Source: the human T2T-CHM13v2.0 reference genome, Homo sapiens
Strand: one strand, 5' to 3'
Assembly (NCBI RefSeq): GCF_009914755.1
Contig: NC_060934.1
DNA length: 64,000 nt
Position 1 is the stretch's first letter; the number at the start of each line of letters is the position of its first letter. The position numbers and the translations under genes were made by a program. The notes under the pieces were generated by a model. It worked only from the letters and a program-made list of their open reading frames with translations. It was not told the origin of the DNA and made no database searches. This document shows positions 30,246 through 46,600 of the stretch, piece by piece.

Positions 30246-32755
30246 TAGCCCTCCTGGGCCCGGGCCCCTCCTCTCCTGCCCTTGCCTGCAGTCCTGGTGG
30301 TGCCCATGGAAGCCGATCAAAACCAGGGATTGGGGATCCCGGTGCTGGGAGTTGGCCCAGGTGGGAGGGACTGGCCCAGAGCGGTGCCAGGCACAGGTGT
30401 GAGTAAGGGTCCTGGGGGAGGCGGGGTGGTAGTGGTGGCAGGGGCCCACAGCGCCCAGGGTGGGCCTCCTTCCAGACCACCTCTTCCACTCTTGGCAGCA
30501 TGGCGATGACCCGTGGCAGCATCGAGCTCGGTGTTGAAACTTGTGGAGGTCATTCATCCTCAAAGGCTGAGCTCACACAGGCTGTGCCTGCCCCGGCCCC
30601 GGCCCCGGCCCCTCTCCCCCGGCCTCCCCACTGGGCAGCACCCCAGCAGCTGTGTCCCTCCGCCCACTTCCCTGGCTCACCTTAGCGTCGTCCCCCAGGA
30701 AAGGCCTCAGTGTGGCTGGCGGGTGCCCTCTGCGGGCCGTGGAGGGCAGTGCAGGCACCAGGCCTCGTGGGGAGAGCGTGGGCCATGGGTCGGGGGTCCT
30801 CTTGCCGCCCCACCCTCCCTTACTGAGGCTCGGAGGGGAAGCCGCTGGAGGACCTGCACCTGGTACCCCTCACAGCGAGACGGGCTGCTTTCCGGGGGAG
30901 CTGAGGGGTTCTCCAGAGCAGGCAGCTGTGGGGTGTGGGGTTCCCGTTGGCCTCCCCACCCCAAAACCACCCTGCAGGGCCAGAGATGCCAGTGTCTGGC
31001 AATTCTGCAACTTAGGGTGGCTGAGCTGGGTGGGGGACGGACCTCTTGGGGCGAGGGGAGAGTGTCCACAGAGCATCCCCAGTGTGGTCCACGCTAGTGC
31101 CCCAGGGAGCCGCCAGCCTCATCCTCTGTCCACCCAGACCGCCCTGGTGACGTGGCTGGTTTCCCTCCTGCCTTCCTGGCACCTCATTGGGGACGTCTGT
31201 TGTGAAAACTAAGAGAGAGCTCCACCCCTCTGTGCCCTCCTCCTGTCCTGAGTCGGGGGTGGGGGGGCTGGCCTTGGAGGGGGCGTCCCCTCCTCAGGCT
31301 CGGAGAGATTTGTCTCCGTAACTGGGGACTTTAAATATCGCCTCTTTCACTTTGACTTAATTTTTGCATGACCCTTGGAGAAAGGAAAAAGTCAAGGCCT
31401 CGGTTCAGAGCATCATAAAGCACAGCAGCCCCGAGACATCCCAGAGCCTCATGGGCCCAGCCTTTCTCCCTCACAGCGGGGGCGGGGCAACAGCCGCATC
31501 CTCCTGGCCAAGCTCGCCAGGAGCTGGAGGAGCTGGAGAAAGCATCCTGTCTTCCCTTTTTCCTGTCGGGTGCCAGAGAAACATTTGCTCGGGGGCCACA
31601 TGGAAGCAAAGAACTCAGAAGCTTTGCTTAGAGAGTAAAAATGTCCAAACTGCATGTAAAAAAAAGTTTAATGTCATTTAGAATCAGAGGAAAATCTGAT
31701 GCCGAGAAGTGCTGCATGGTTATTTTAAAAACTAGAAGATACAGAAAAGATTAATGAAGAAAATAGACTAGCCGGCATCCCACAATCTGATTCTGTATTA
31801 TAATTGGAAATGTCACTCCTCACTGTGGAAATCGAGGAAGCCTCAGGATAAGGAAGGGGGCAGGAGAGGACAGGCGTCTGAAGACATGGACGTGGGCCCA
31901 TCCCTGCCACGGTCCTGAGGCTGCAGGGGGCCCACAGCCCTCTGTGGGCTCCGTTTCCCTGTCCGGAAACAGGGTTAGGACTAACTGGAATTCCCTCTCT
32001 GCTAAGCATTCTCCAACCCAAGGGCTCACATCCACGATTGTGACCCCTTAAGGGAGGGAAGAGGCTGGGGTGATGGGAGGAGCCCAGGACGGCCTGGGGG
32101 CAGGGAGCTGGGACCAAGCACTCGGGGGCGGGCACCACAGGTCACGCCTTCGCCCACCCCCCACCCCGGCTGATGGATCCTCTGACCCTGCGTCCTGTCC
32201 CGAAACGCACCTCTCCCTTGGAAGCTATCCCCAGAGAGCAGGAGCCACTGTGGCCCATGGTTCGGAGCCACCACAGCAAAGTGAATTAAGGGAGGTGGCT
32301 CAGACCTCGGCTAGAAGCCTCGGTGGCACTCGGGAGGGACTTCACAAACCAGGATGCGGACGGGGAAAGCGCCAGGGCTTTTCCTGTAGATGTGGGGCGG
32401 GCTCTGGGAGTCAGTTAAGGAACACAGAATTCAGGAAGGCAGTGAGCCCTGGGCTGAGGCAGCTCCCGCACAGGCAGCCACACCACCCGGGGCTTCCAGA
32501 GGGGCAGCTCCAGTACAGGCAGCGGCACCACCCGGGGCTTCCAGCGGGTCCATGTGGAGAGTCCCTCGAACAAAGCCCTCTGGCCGGCACCTGGCAGGGC
32601 TGAGCACACGCTAGGCCTCAGTCATCCTCATTGGCTGTGTCATCCTGTAAACAAAGATTTCTCCTAACAGGCTCTCAAAATCAACCTGCAGGATTTCCCC
32701 TTAGAATCTAAGTGAGATCTCTTGCTTCAAATAAGCCTTAAAGTTCTCCCTCCAG

Positions 32756-33051
32756 GGCTGGGCGCAGTGGCTCACTCCTGTAATCCCAGCACTTTGGGAG
32801 GCTGAGGCAAGTGGGTTGCTCGAACTCAGGAGTTTGATACCAGCCTGGGCAACATGGTGAAACCCCGTCTCTACAAAAAATACAAAAATTAGTGGGGTGT
32901 GGTGGTGCATACCTGTGGTCCCAGTTACTCAGGATGGTGAGGTGGGAGGATCACTTGAGCTCGGGAGGCGGAGGTTACAGTGAGCCAAGATTGTGCCACT
33001 GAGCTCCAGTCTGGATGACAGAGCCAAACCCTGTCTCAAAAAAAAACAAAA
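32756..33051 (+). mobile_element. Alu, sense, with probable target-site duplication agttctccctc
   Basis: ggctgggcgcagtggctcac...A-tail; agttctccctc at about 32742 and 33053. Confidence 0.93.
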
Positions 33052-33191
33052 CAGTTCTCCCTCTCTTAGAAAGCATCTCTTCCAAAGGAAGGGCGAACAG
33101 TCACTTCTCAATGAACTGAACCAAAAGACAGACCCTTCTGACGTCTCACGAGTGTGTGTGCTGTCTGTCCCAGCTTTTAGAGAAAATTTGA

Positions 33192-33764
<573 letters not shown>

Positions 33765-35997
33765 TGAAGGATGGAGCGAGGGCTGAGGCTTCTGAATGGC
33801 TGTCCCAGGCCCCTTCTGCTCTGCTCCCTCCTGCGGGACCCCATCAGGAGCCCTGGGGAGGAGGATGGCCTGGACAGAGGGAGCTGGGGCCTGTTCTCCT
33901 GGGTCCTGTTCTCCTGGGTCCGGGCAGGCCCCTATCTGCAGCAGCATCTCCATTCGTGTCCCGTTGTGCTGATGGTTCTGTGGGTGGGCTGGTTAGAGCA
34001 TCGTGACAGAGGAGCTTTATTGAGACCACTAGAATCATCCCCCTGGGAAGCCTGGCTGGGTCAGGGAAGTCTCCTTCCAGCAACGCTTGTGGGGAAGCTG
34101 AAGTCCTCGGGGAAGAGCCCATGGACCAGCCTGGCTGAGCAAGTGCGTGTTTGAGACTTCGGCAAGGCGTCACCTGGCAGGCCCAGGTCCAGGCTCTCTT
34201 GGTCCCAGATGACAAGAGGCTCCTGAAGTGCTGCCCCGCCCCCACCCCCACCCCCACCCCCACCCTGGCCCGGGCTTTGTGGTCTGGAAGACTATCAGAC
34301 GTAAAACAGATCAGAACATGCGATGTGTGGCCAGGCTGCTCTCAGTGGCCTTAGCTTCTGCCTGAGGTGCAGGGAAGGGAGTGCAGGTTTCTCTCGGCAC
34401 CTCCCACCACATCAGGCCCACCTGGCTCAGCTGCTCCCTCCACTGGGTTAAAGAGGGAGTCACAGCACCGAGGGCCCTAGACTTAGGTCTGGGCAGTCCA
34501 GGGCCATCCCAAGAGGGGTGCACCTCACAACTGTGGGAGCAGGTGATGTGGCATGAGGCAGGGGCGGGGCTGGCTACGGGTCCAGGGGCAGGAAGGCCAG
34601 CAGGGCTGTCATTACCACGCACAGGTGAGGGGTGCTCTGTGTGACCCCCACCCCACTTGTCCATGGGCAGGGACAGGTGTCCTGAGGAGGCAGCGATGTC
34701 TCACGCTGGCAGGTGCGGCCCTCTGGGGAGAAGCTAGGGTAGCCTGGCTGATGAGTCTGATCTGTGCCAACAGGACAGAGCTTCAGACAAACAGAGGCGT
34801 CCAATGCAGACTCTGCACTGCTGCCAGCCCAGGGCTGGTCGTGCCCTCTGGGGGTCCTGCTTTAGGCTTGGTTTGCATCTTGAATGGCGAACGACACCCC
34901 CATGTTTCCCGTGGACACACGGAACATCTCTTAAATTAGAAGTGCGTTTCCACAGGGCTCAGCACAGTGCTGTGTGTGCCACGTAAATGCCGGCACAGGC
35001 AGAGATCCACGTGCACTTAAGGGCACACACTTGAACACGCACACACGTAAATGCCTGCGTGCACACTTGAACACGCACACACGTAAATGCTGGCATGTAC
35101 ACTTGAAGACATGCACACAGAAATGCTGGCACGCACATGGAAATGCTTGTGCACGTACACACATGCGCATGTGCACACTTGGAGCCATGCTTTTTTCTGG
35201 CTACACTGGGTGCAGATCACATTCCTGGCCCTGCAGGTGTTCCACGGCAGGCCCACTGTGCAGCAGTACACAGCTGGCCCTGCAAGGGGGTCCAGCTCCC
35301 ACTGAGCCGGCTCACTCCAAGGATGCAATGCTTCTGAGTTTATCTTGGTCCCCTGAGCATCAGAGCAGGTCCCTCAGTCCCTGGAGCTCAGCTTCAGGGG
35401 ATGGACACAGCTGTCTGCCCCTGGTGGCCCCTGCCCCCATGAGGCTGCTGAGGACACATGCCGTGGGCCGTGTCACTTGAACCTTTGGAAGGGGTGGGGG
35501 ACTCCTGCATCCGGTTTACTCGTAACTGGTTCCGTTTAAACAGCTCCTTAATTAGCCAAGTGAATTCCGGTGGCCAGGCAGCCGTGGTACCCGCTCCTTC
35601 CATTGGGCACAGCCTGGGCTCCAAGGGGCACCCGGGAGCCACCTGGGACATTTACCCTCCACGGCCTCCCTTCCTCATCCTAGCTCAGAGCCCCGCTAAG
35701 GCCCCCGTGCTCCTGGCTTGTGATGTACAGCCCCTGCTGGAGACGTTTATCCTTGACGGCCTCCCTTCCACATCCCTGTCCAGGGGCCACCCAAGCTCAG
35801 GGCCCCGATATGATCGCCAGGCTCCTGGCTTGTGGTATGCGGTGCTGCCTGCCCAGCCCCACCCACCACCGGATGGCTAGGCTATCTCACTAGGACAAAC
35901 CCAAACATACCGAGGGCTGTGAGGCGCTTCCAGGGCTGGGTACCAGGCCAGCCGGCCTCCCCGGCAGCCAGCAGCTGTCCCGTCAGCCTGGAGTTGA

Positions 35998-36315
<318 letters not shown>

Positions 36316-37526
36316 TAAACCGCCACCTCTTCATACCGGCCGTCCAAACATCCAATGGGGAACATGGGCCATGGAGCTCAGTGTCAGGCAGGGACCACCT
36401 CTTCATACGAAGGATGAGGCCAGCCGCCCAAAGCACATGTAAATATGGGGGAAATGGCCCGTGGCGCTCAGTGTCATGCAGGGAAAACAAAACAAAAGCA
36501 CGACGGGTGACAGTGCAGCATCTGCTCCAGACCTGTGGGGTGAGGAGCTGGCACGTCCGTCCTCCATCTGCCCGTCCTCCATCCGCCCGTCCTCCATCCA
36601 CCCCCAAGGAGCCGGCACGTCCGTCCTCCATCCGCCCGTCCTCCATCCGCCCCCATGGCCCTGCTGCAGCTGGTGTGGGGCTCTGTCCAGGCCTCCGCCG
36701 TCGGCAGACGTTTGTTTCTTGCCCCTGAGTGAGGACAGTGGGGGCCACGCGGTGACTGGGAGCCCTTTGCCTGTGCCCTGCCATCCCTGGCCCTGTGTCC
36801 TCTGCCATGACCTGCACAGGAGGAGGGAGGAGGGGAATCCCATGGGCAGCTCAGGCTGGGTGTGGGCAGCCACGTCGCTGTGATTGTTTCACGGCAAGGG
36901 TGGTCCACCTGTGGGGCTGGGAGGAAGTGGCCCACACAGGGGCCGCCCCTGCCGAGCACCACACACAGCCCCGAGGCCTCCGTCTCAGGCCAGCACCTGG
37001 AGCCTCACAGTCCAGCTGGAGCCGCCTCTTAAGAGTCTGCCCGTCCACTGCCGGAGGACAGGGCAGCTGTGTGGTCACTCCATGTGTGGACGACCTCGGC
37101 CACGTGGGCCTGCCTGTGGGGACAGTGGCAGCACTGCCAGCCTGTGTTCTCCAGAGGCTCCTCTGGTCAGACCTGAAGGGGATGCAACCTGCAGCCCCTC
37201 CCCTGATCCTCCCCATAGCCCCTGGGATTCACTGAGGGATGTGCCCGTGGGTTCAGGGTGGGACTGCCCAGGCCACGTGGCCAGAGTGTGATGAACTCTG
37301 CCCGGCACATCTGGGGTCAGCGAATATACAGGGGCAGTCCTTGTGGGCAGGTCCAGGTCCAGTGCAGATTCTGCCACCACTGCTGCCGCTGCGGTTTGGT
37401 TTTCATAAATGCTGTGTTGATCCCTGGTTCCATGGTCTTGGCCCGTGTTCCTCAGGCCCCAGCACAGTCCTCTTAGAGGGAAGGGATGGGAGGGGAGCGG
37501 CTCACCCTTCTGTCCCTCTGTCCTAG

Positions 37527-38244
<718 letters not shown>

Positions 38245-38749
38245 GTAAGTGTATGTCGCTCTCCTGGCTTGTGCATGCCTCTTACACCCACAACCCCCAG
38301 CCCAGCCCCTCTGGGGTCCAGGAGGCCCTGCCAGCCTCCCACAGCCCTGCCATGGGCCACCCTGCCTGAGACCCTCCACTAGGCCCAGAGCCTGCTCAGA
38401 ATCGGAGCCTTCCTCACACTGCTCCAGGGCCCACTGGGGCCTCTGCTGTGCACACCTGGTTCTTCCAGCTGATGGCACTTCCCATCACATTGCCCAGCTT
38501 CTGGGATCTCTCAGCCCTTCCATACTTGCCATGAGGATAGGGGGCTGTTGCTCTTAGACAAACCAAGACCCTTAGGGGTTCCACTTCCTTGGCTTGGGGG
38601 AAAAGCAGACTCTATAGATAACTCCTAAATTTCATTTGGGGCAGAGTTCCAATTTCTATAGCAAACTCCTTGAAAGAATGTTAATTACTGAGTGGGCAAA
38701 ATAATGCACCTCTTCATCCCAATTTTCATCCGCCCATTACTAATCCTCC

Positions 38750-39545
38750 GCTCTCCATCCATTTATTCCCCATCAATGCACCATCTACCTAGCCCTTCAT
38801 TCATGCTCTGTCTTATATCCATCCATCTATCTATCCTGTGTAATCCATCCATCCATCCTCCATAATCCATGTATCCATCCTCCACAATTCATTTATCCGT
38901 CCTCCATAATCCATCTATCCGTCCTCCATAATCCATCTATCCGTCCTCCATAATCCATGTATCCGTCCTCCATAATCCATGTATCCGTCCTCCACAATTC
39001 ATTTATCCATCCTCCATAATCCATCTATCTGTCCTCCACAATTCATTTATCCGTCCTCCATAATCCATCTATCCATCCTTCATCCTTCATCTATCCTTCA
39101 TCCATCATCCTTAATCCATCCATTTATCCATCATCCACAATCTGTCCATCCATCCTCCATCTATCTATCATCCATCATCCCTAATCCATTCATTCTCCAT
39201 CCTCCATCTGTCCTCTATCCACCATCCTCCATCCATTCCTTCTCCATCTACCATCCTCTACCCATTAACCTTTCACCCATCCATCCATCTCCCATTCATC
39301 CTCCATAATCCATCTATTCATTCTCCATCCATCCTTCCTTCATCCTCCATTCATTCATCCATTCTCCAAAATCCATCAATCCATCCACCCTCCATAATTT
39401 ATCTATGCATCCTCCATCATTCATTCATTCATCCATCCTCCATAACCTATTTATCCATCTTTCCATCCTTCATCCTTTATCCTTCCACCTATCCACATCC
39501 CCTCCCTCCATCCATCCATCTATCCATCCCTCATCCTACCTTCAT
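38750..39545. repeat. (CCAT/TCCA)n-type low-complexity repeat
   Basis: Recurrent atccatc/ctccataatccat. Confidence 0.88.
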
Positions 39546-41166
39546 TGACCTTCCACTTCCTCCATCCAGTGCTCTGCATCCGAGGACTCCCTTCTCCCCT
39601 TGCCTGCCCAGCCCCTGGGGAGCAGTGAGGCACAGGGCAGGGGTACTTTCAGCAGGGAGGCTCTGGGTGTGGGTCTGCTTCTCTCAGAGCTGGGGGCTCC
39701 ACTGTGGTCATAGGTGGCCGAAGAGCCACAGCAGGGTGGCCGTGGACCTGACATCTCTGGGGTCCAGTCCTGGGTATCAGCCCCATCATGAGGTCTTGGG
39801 AACTGTATTGGGCAACTCTGATTCACAGTTGGAGAAGCTGAGTCCCCAAAGGCACTGCCCAGGGTCACAGAGCTGATGTAGTGGCAGAGTTGGGGGTACC
39901 CAGCCCCACCCAGGCCTATTTCAGGGTTCCTGCCCAGCCCCATAGCTGTCCACCAAGAGTGCCACTGAGTGTGACAGCCCTGCAGTCATCATGCAGCCTC
40001 TGAGGCCATTGTCACAGAGCCCAGGGACAGAGGAGGTTGGATACTGGAGGGCTCATGGCCAGGCTTAAGCTCAGGGGACCTGTGGAGATGCTGGGGAGCT
40101 CTTGACAGTGGGCTGACAGTGGCCCTTCAAGCCTGGCTGTGCAATCAGTGTTGACTTCACATGCAACTTGTGGTTTAATCACATCTGGGTAGATTCCCTC
40201 AGTCACCCTGAAGCCACCTGCTCAGCCTCCCCAACTTAAAGTGTTGGGAGAGGTCTGTGGCCTGCCCAGCCCTGCCATGGGAGAAGGGAGCAGGGCAGGA
40301 GAGATGAGGGCACCTGGCCCCAGCCATGCAGGATGAGGTTCTTGCCTGAGTCAGGAGTGCAGCTGGCCCCCACCATGGACTACAGACTGAGCCTGACTCC
40401 CCCCTGTGGGAGACCCTGTGCAGACTTTGGGGTTGGGGGACAGCAAGAGATGCCTGCTGTTAGGGAGCTTGCACTCTAGGGAGAGAATGGCATGGACAGG
40501 GCTTTTGGAGTGAGCTGGCAAGAATCAGAGAGGCCCCACGAGCTGGAGTCAGGCAGCCCTGGTCTGGATGCAGGCTGCAGCAGAGTCTGAGAGTGTGAGG
40601 TGCCCACATCGAAAGCCATAATCACTCTACCCAGAAGGGCCACCCAGGGGCCCCTCGGTTGGGGAGGAAGCATGAATAAAACATGCATAAAAGAGACAAA
40701 ACCTTCCAGGGATTCAGCCATTTCACAGCCATGAACATGTGGTCTCTCCTCCACTGTTCCCAAGTGGTGTTTTAATAACCACAGGTGCATATGCAGAGGC
40801 TGGCTTTAAACACAGAAGGGGACAGAGGCTGGGCAGAGCAGCAGCCACTGCTGGGGATGTATTGGTGGCCTGCCTGCATTGAGCAGCGCATACGCATCTG
40901 CCTCAGCTGGTTACCTAGACCTGGTGATTACCAGCAGAGGGAGAATGAGAGAAAACAAAATCGGCAGCACCCAGAGGGAACAAGCTCAAGTCAAGGGTGT
41001 CAGAGATGCTGGGAGGGAGATGTCAGTCAAAGCACTTTTTAGCTCTGGCCCCCACCCAGGCGTCCCCAGTCAGCCTCCCCAGTCAGCTTCCCCATGCATC
41101 CATCACTCACCCTCACCCCCAAAGGCACTGCTTCTGACCGCACCTGTGTTCTGCTTTTGGGTGCAG

Positions 41167-41232
41167 AACCTGACCAATGAGGAGCAGGTGGTTGTCATAC
41201 AAGCCAGGACAGTCCTGACCTTGGCCGAAAAG
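41167..41232 (+). CDS. JAKMIP3: JAKMIP3 coding exon (NLTNEEQVVVIQARTVLTLAEK), 66 nt
   Basis: gggtgcag acceptor, AAG|gtaaca donor. Confidence 0.93.
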
Positions 41233-41764
41233 GTAACAGCAGCTGTGTGGACAGTCGGGAGAGGGCCGGGCTCCTGGGGTCTCCTGCCCTGCTCAGCTCA
41301 GAGGTGGTGATCTCGGGAGGAGGGCCTGCAGGGCCGGGTTTGGGGGGTCCACTAAGCCCCGTCTGCCCTGGGAGATCTGACACACTCAGGTCAGACAGCA
41401 CCCACTGTGCATCTTTGCAAAGGACAGATTCGGCTCCACTTTGCTCTGTCACCAACCCTGTCTGCGTTTCCTCCCAAAGGCGGGAAGGTATGGTGAGTCT
41501 GCAGGCAGCGTTCTCTGTTCAACTTACCCTGACCCCCTTCTGGGGCCACCCAGCCCACTACCTGCTCCTAGTCCCACCCCTAGCCCTGACCTGCCTGGTG
41601 AGCTGGGCCTCCCACAGCAAGGAGAAGGGGTGCTCCTGGCACATAGGGGTTTGGAGAAACAGGCCACCCCTCCCCGCCTGTCCTGGCAGAGCTCTGCAGA
41701 TGTGTCTCTCCTACGGTGCCCCAAGCTAGTGTCCCTCCTCTCCTGGAGAAGGTGTCAGGGGTAG

Positions 41765-42244
<480 letters not shown>

Positions 42245-42974
42245 TGAAACGGCCACGTGGCTCAGGTGCCCAGCAGTGCCTCAGGTGCCCATGTGGGTCA
42301 GGTCGCAGGGCCCCTAATGGCCCCTAATGACACCTGCACAGCAGGCTCTGGCTCTCCAGAGCTGCCTGATGGGGTCTTCACTTGGAGCTTCATAAACGGA
42401 GCAGGATTAGTTGAGGAGGCCTAAACCCACACTGTGCAGTGAGAATGTTCTACAGCCTTTGTGCAGGTCACTCAGGCACAGAAACATGCCCGGATTCCTG
42501 AAGGCCATCCAGGTGTTGGTGTGGGCTGGTGTCTACCTCCCACCCTTCCCCTGAGGAACTGGAGAAACTGGTGGCTGTTCTGGGACAACAGCCTGCTCAC
42601 TAGTGGGAGGTGTGGTCTTGTTCTATTTCATCTGGTGTGGCTGGGAGGAGCATAGGACGTTTCTAGGTTGAAAACTAGGCTTCAGAACTGGGTTCCCCTC
42701 TGGGAGCTACTTCCCCCGTGACCGCACAAGCAAAATCATCTGTCCCTGCTGGACTCCTATCACGTGATGGAAGGTACGACCAGGAGGATATCAGGCCATG
42801 TTGTGGAAAGACAAGTGTCACCACCAAGAGGTTCACCTCGGGACCCAGCCCAGCAGGCAGGGTCTTGACCCTCATGCCTGTGAGGAGACCTGCTTGGCTA
42901 CTCAAAGCAAGGGAAAGTGGGCTGGGATGAAAATGCTCATTCCTGGGGCCAAGTTCAGCCTGGGAACTCTCAGA

Positions 42975-43856
42975 GTGATAGTGATGATAATGGTGATGAT
43001 GACAATGGTGGTGGTGATGATTGTGCTGGCAATGGCAATGGTGATGGTGGTGGCGGTGGTGGTGGTGATGGTGGTGATAGTGGTGGTGATGATGATGGTG
43101 ATGATCGTGATCATGATGACGGTGGTGGTAGTGGGATGGTGATGATGGTGATTATGATGGTGATAATGGTTATCATGATGGTGATCATGATGGGGATGAT
43201 GGTGATTATGATGATGATAATGGTTATGGTGATGACGGTGGTGGTGATGATGATGATCATGATGATGGTGGTAGTGGCAATGGTGATGATGATGGTGATC
43301 ATGGCGGTGATCATGATGGTGGTGGTAGTGGTGATGGTGGTGGTGATGATGGCAATGATCATGATGGTGGTGGTAGTGGTGATGGTGATGATGATGGTGA
43401 TCATGGTGACGATCATGATGGTGGTGGTGGTGATGGTGGTGGTGATGATGGCAATGATCATGATGGTGGTGGTGGTAGTGGCAATGGTGACGATGATGGT
43501 GATCATGGTGATGATCATGATGGTGGTGGTCATGGTGATGGTGATAATAGTGGTGATGATGCTGGTGGTAGTGATGATGGTGATTATGATGGTGATAATG
43601 GTTATGGTGATGATGATGGCAATGATCATGATGACATGGTGGTAGTAGTGGTAATGGTGATGCTGCTGGAGGTAGTGATGATGATGGTGGCGATGATGGT
43701 CATGATGATGGTGATGGTGGTGATATGGTGGTGATGATCATGACAGTGGTGGTAGTGGTGGTGATGATGGTGATCATGATGGTGACAATAGTGATCAATG
43801 ATGATGGTGATGATGGTGGTGGTGGTGATGAGGATGGTAATGATAGTGTTATAATG
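42975..43856. repeat. (TGA/TGG)n trinucleotide low-complexity tract
   Basis: gatggtgatgatggtg... over ~880 bp. Confidence 0.95.
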
Positions 43857-45429
43857 ACAGCCTACTCAAGAGCCTTTCCTATGTGGCAGGCACTGGTCTG
43901 GCCAGCCAGGCACAGAAGCTGGTGACCTGCCCAAGGACACGCAGTCAGAATGAAGGCAGGAGTCGAATGTCAGCATTCTTCTCCTGTGCCCACAGCCATG
44001 ACTGCTGCACTAGGCATCTCTCCTTCCTGCACTTGTGGATGTGAGTTCCTCACACAGAGGGGCCAGGGCTCAAACGCAGAAGCCTACAGAGCAAAGAACA
44101 GCCACACCAGGCACCTAGCATCCTGGGTGGGGGTGTAAGGCCCATGTCAGTTGCTGTGGAAGCCAGTGTGTGAGCCATGGGAGGCTTTGGAGGCAGATGA
44201 CCTGGGTTTGAGGCCCAGCTCAGCTGGTAACCACTAGGGATTGGGAGTTCCTGTAAGATGCTGGGCATGGAGGCTGGCCCTGGCTAAACTGGTAATGGCC
44301 CTCCTGTTGCTATGGTTAGTGTCACTATTGCTGACCAGCAGTGTGCACATGACTGCGTGGGAGCAGCTCACAGGTTGCCAGCTGTTCTTCCTGGGCCACT
44401 GTCCTCACGGCCTCTGAGTACTGAGAGCCAGCCCCGGGTGAGCTGGCCCCAGTGGTGGTGAGACCTGAGTCCCTCCAGGTGGCCGGGGACCTGTGCAGCA
44501 CGGAGCATGTCTGTCCACCCTGCTCATGGGGCGGCTCCCAGGCACAGGCTGCTGTGCGCTTAGCTTACCCAGGCAGTCCTCTGGGCCTTGCATGCTTTGG
44601 TCAGAAGGAAGGAGGCTGGAAGTAGGTGGTCACTTGATGTAAAAAGCAGAGGCCCCTCAGTGCCCCAGACCATCCAAACTGCAGCCAGCTGACACTCCTC
44701 TGCCCGCGCCTTCTGGGACTCCCAGCTGCCCTTACTGGAGAGACCTTCTTGCTGAGGCGACAGGTCCTGCAGGCTCCAGGCCCCCGCCTCCCTCCCTCGG
44801 CTCAGTCTCTGTCCCCCGAAGCTTCTTGGCCTCTGCTCTCCAGCCTCCTCGTACCCCCTTATCCTCCTCCATCCTGCTCATGCTGATTGCTGGCATGGAC
44901 AGGTTCCTCTCTGCTGGATGAGGAAGAACCCTCTAGAACAGTGCTCTCCCATGAGCACCAAGGCCCATGTTGCTGCCCGGGTGGAGAGGGCTGGGATCCA
45001 GCTAGGGATCAGCCTAGCTGGCAGGCATCTCCACTGCTGTGCAGCCACCACCACAGCAGGCCGGGAGACAGAGGACCCCACCCAGCCTTCGCTGCTGCTG
45101 TTCCATCTGCCTGGGGCGCCCTCCCTTTCCTTCTCCTGCCCATCCCTGATTGACACTGCAAGCCTCAGTTTGGTACCTCGTCTCCTCTAGGAAACCTTCC
45201 CTGACCCCCAGTGAGGTGGCCCTGACATGCCCCACTCATGGAAGTGGTTCTGCCTTTCTATGGGGCAAGCAGGGACCATGTGCATCTGCTGCCATCTGGT
45301 CTCCTAGACCAGCACGAGGCCTGGCAGGCAGCAGGTGCTTTGCGGGTGATGCATAGGTGAAGAGGAAAAGAGCTAAGGATTATGCGGAGGTTTTTAAATC
45401 CAGCCCACCTTGAGACAGGAGAGGGAAGA

Positions 45430-46600
45430 GAAGGACATGCATTTCTTTTTTTAATATTGCATTTTTTTTCTGAATGAAAGAATAATCAATGTATAGTTCT
45501 GATTTACAACACAGAAAAATCCAAGAAAAAAGTTCACTACGTGCCCAGCACACAGAGAAAGACTGTGGGCATTCTGGTTTCTCTCCTGATGGTCTCTTGG
45601 CAGGATGGGGATACACATAGTATCTTTGCAAAAGCGCGGTCCCCATGCTTATCTGAGGCTTGTTCTCTGAGAGATGGTCATCATGCCAATGGTAGGAAAT
45701 GTTCACAGTAGAAAAGGACATTTTCTTCCCGTTCCTGTTCTCTGGACTCCAGATGCCACCAACAAAGGGGACCCCACTTGCTGGTTCTCTTCTCCTTCTC
45801 TGAAGTGCGGGGTGTAACCACATGTGTGCGCACGTGCATTTTCATGGATAGCCTGAGAAACCCACCAGCTGCAGCATGCTTCCCTTTCACCTGACTGTGC
45901 ACAGCCAGGGCGCTTCCCACCAGCCCAAGGAGTGACTTGGTGTGAGCGCATCATGGACTGTTCATCCCCAGTAGTGGACTTAGGTACTGTCCATGCATTA
46001 GCTATCACCAGCAAAACAGCAATTCCTATCCATTTCTGACGTCCCGACACACAAATGGAGATTATCTGCAGGAAAAGTTATTTGGAATGACCAAAGGGTA
46101 TGCACACTTAAGGTGTTGTTAGGAACTGCCGAATATTTCTCCCCATAGTAGGTATAACTTGCAGCCCAAACTTCCACTGCATGATATGCAGCCGCCTGGT
46201 GCAGTCCTAGCAGGCATGTCTCTGGTGAGCTCAAAGTCTAACATGTTTCTATGCAACTCCACGCCACGTCTGTTTGTAACCTTTCCCACCTCTCTCATGC
46301 TATCTGACATTTTGGTCAGAGCTCTTGATAAAAGAAGGCAACCAGCCCTTTGCCATCCATTGCAAATATTTCCTTTATTTCCTTAGTCAGAAGAATGGGA
46401 CATGGCAAATATTTCACCCAGCTTGTTGTTGCTCTTTGATATCAAACACTGTTTTGAGGGCCTGGCAGAATTTGGGTAATTTTTACGAGGTTGATGGCCT
46501 CCAGGTTTTATGGCATAATTTCAACTTCGTACAGAAAAAAAAAAGAGATTGTACAAAAAAATTCCAGTGTTTTCTTTCAGCATTACTTTGAGGTGTGTGT
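45430..46600 (-). mobile_element. Possible ancient L1 3' remnant
   Basis: AT-richer segment with L1-like antisense phrases; family not determinable by eye. Confidence 0.35.

Noticed and set aside
42917-43645. 242-aa Met/Val/Ile ORF resembling a membrane protein
   Set aside because: Translation of a TGA/TGG trinucleotide tract; no splice or codon support.
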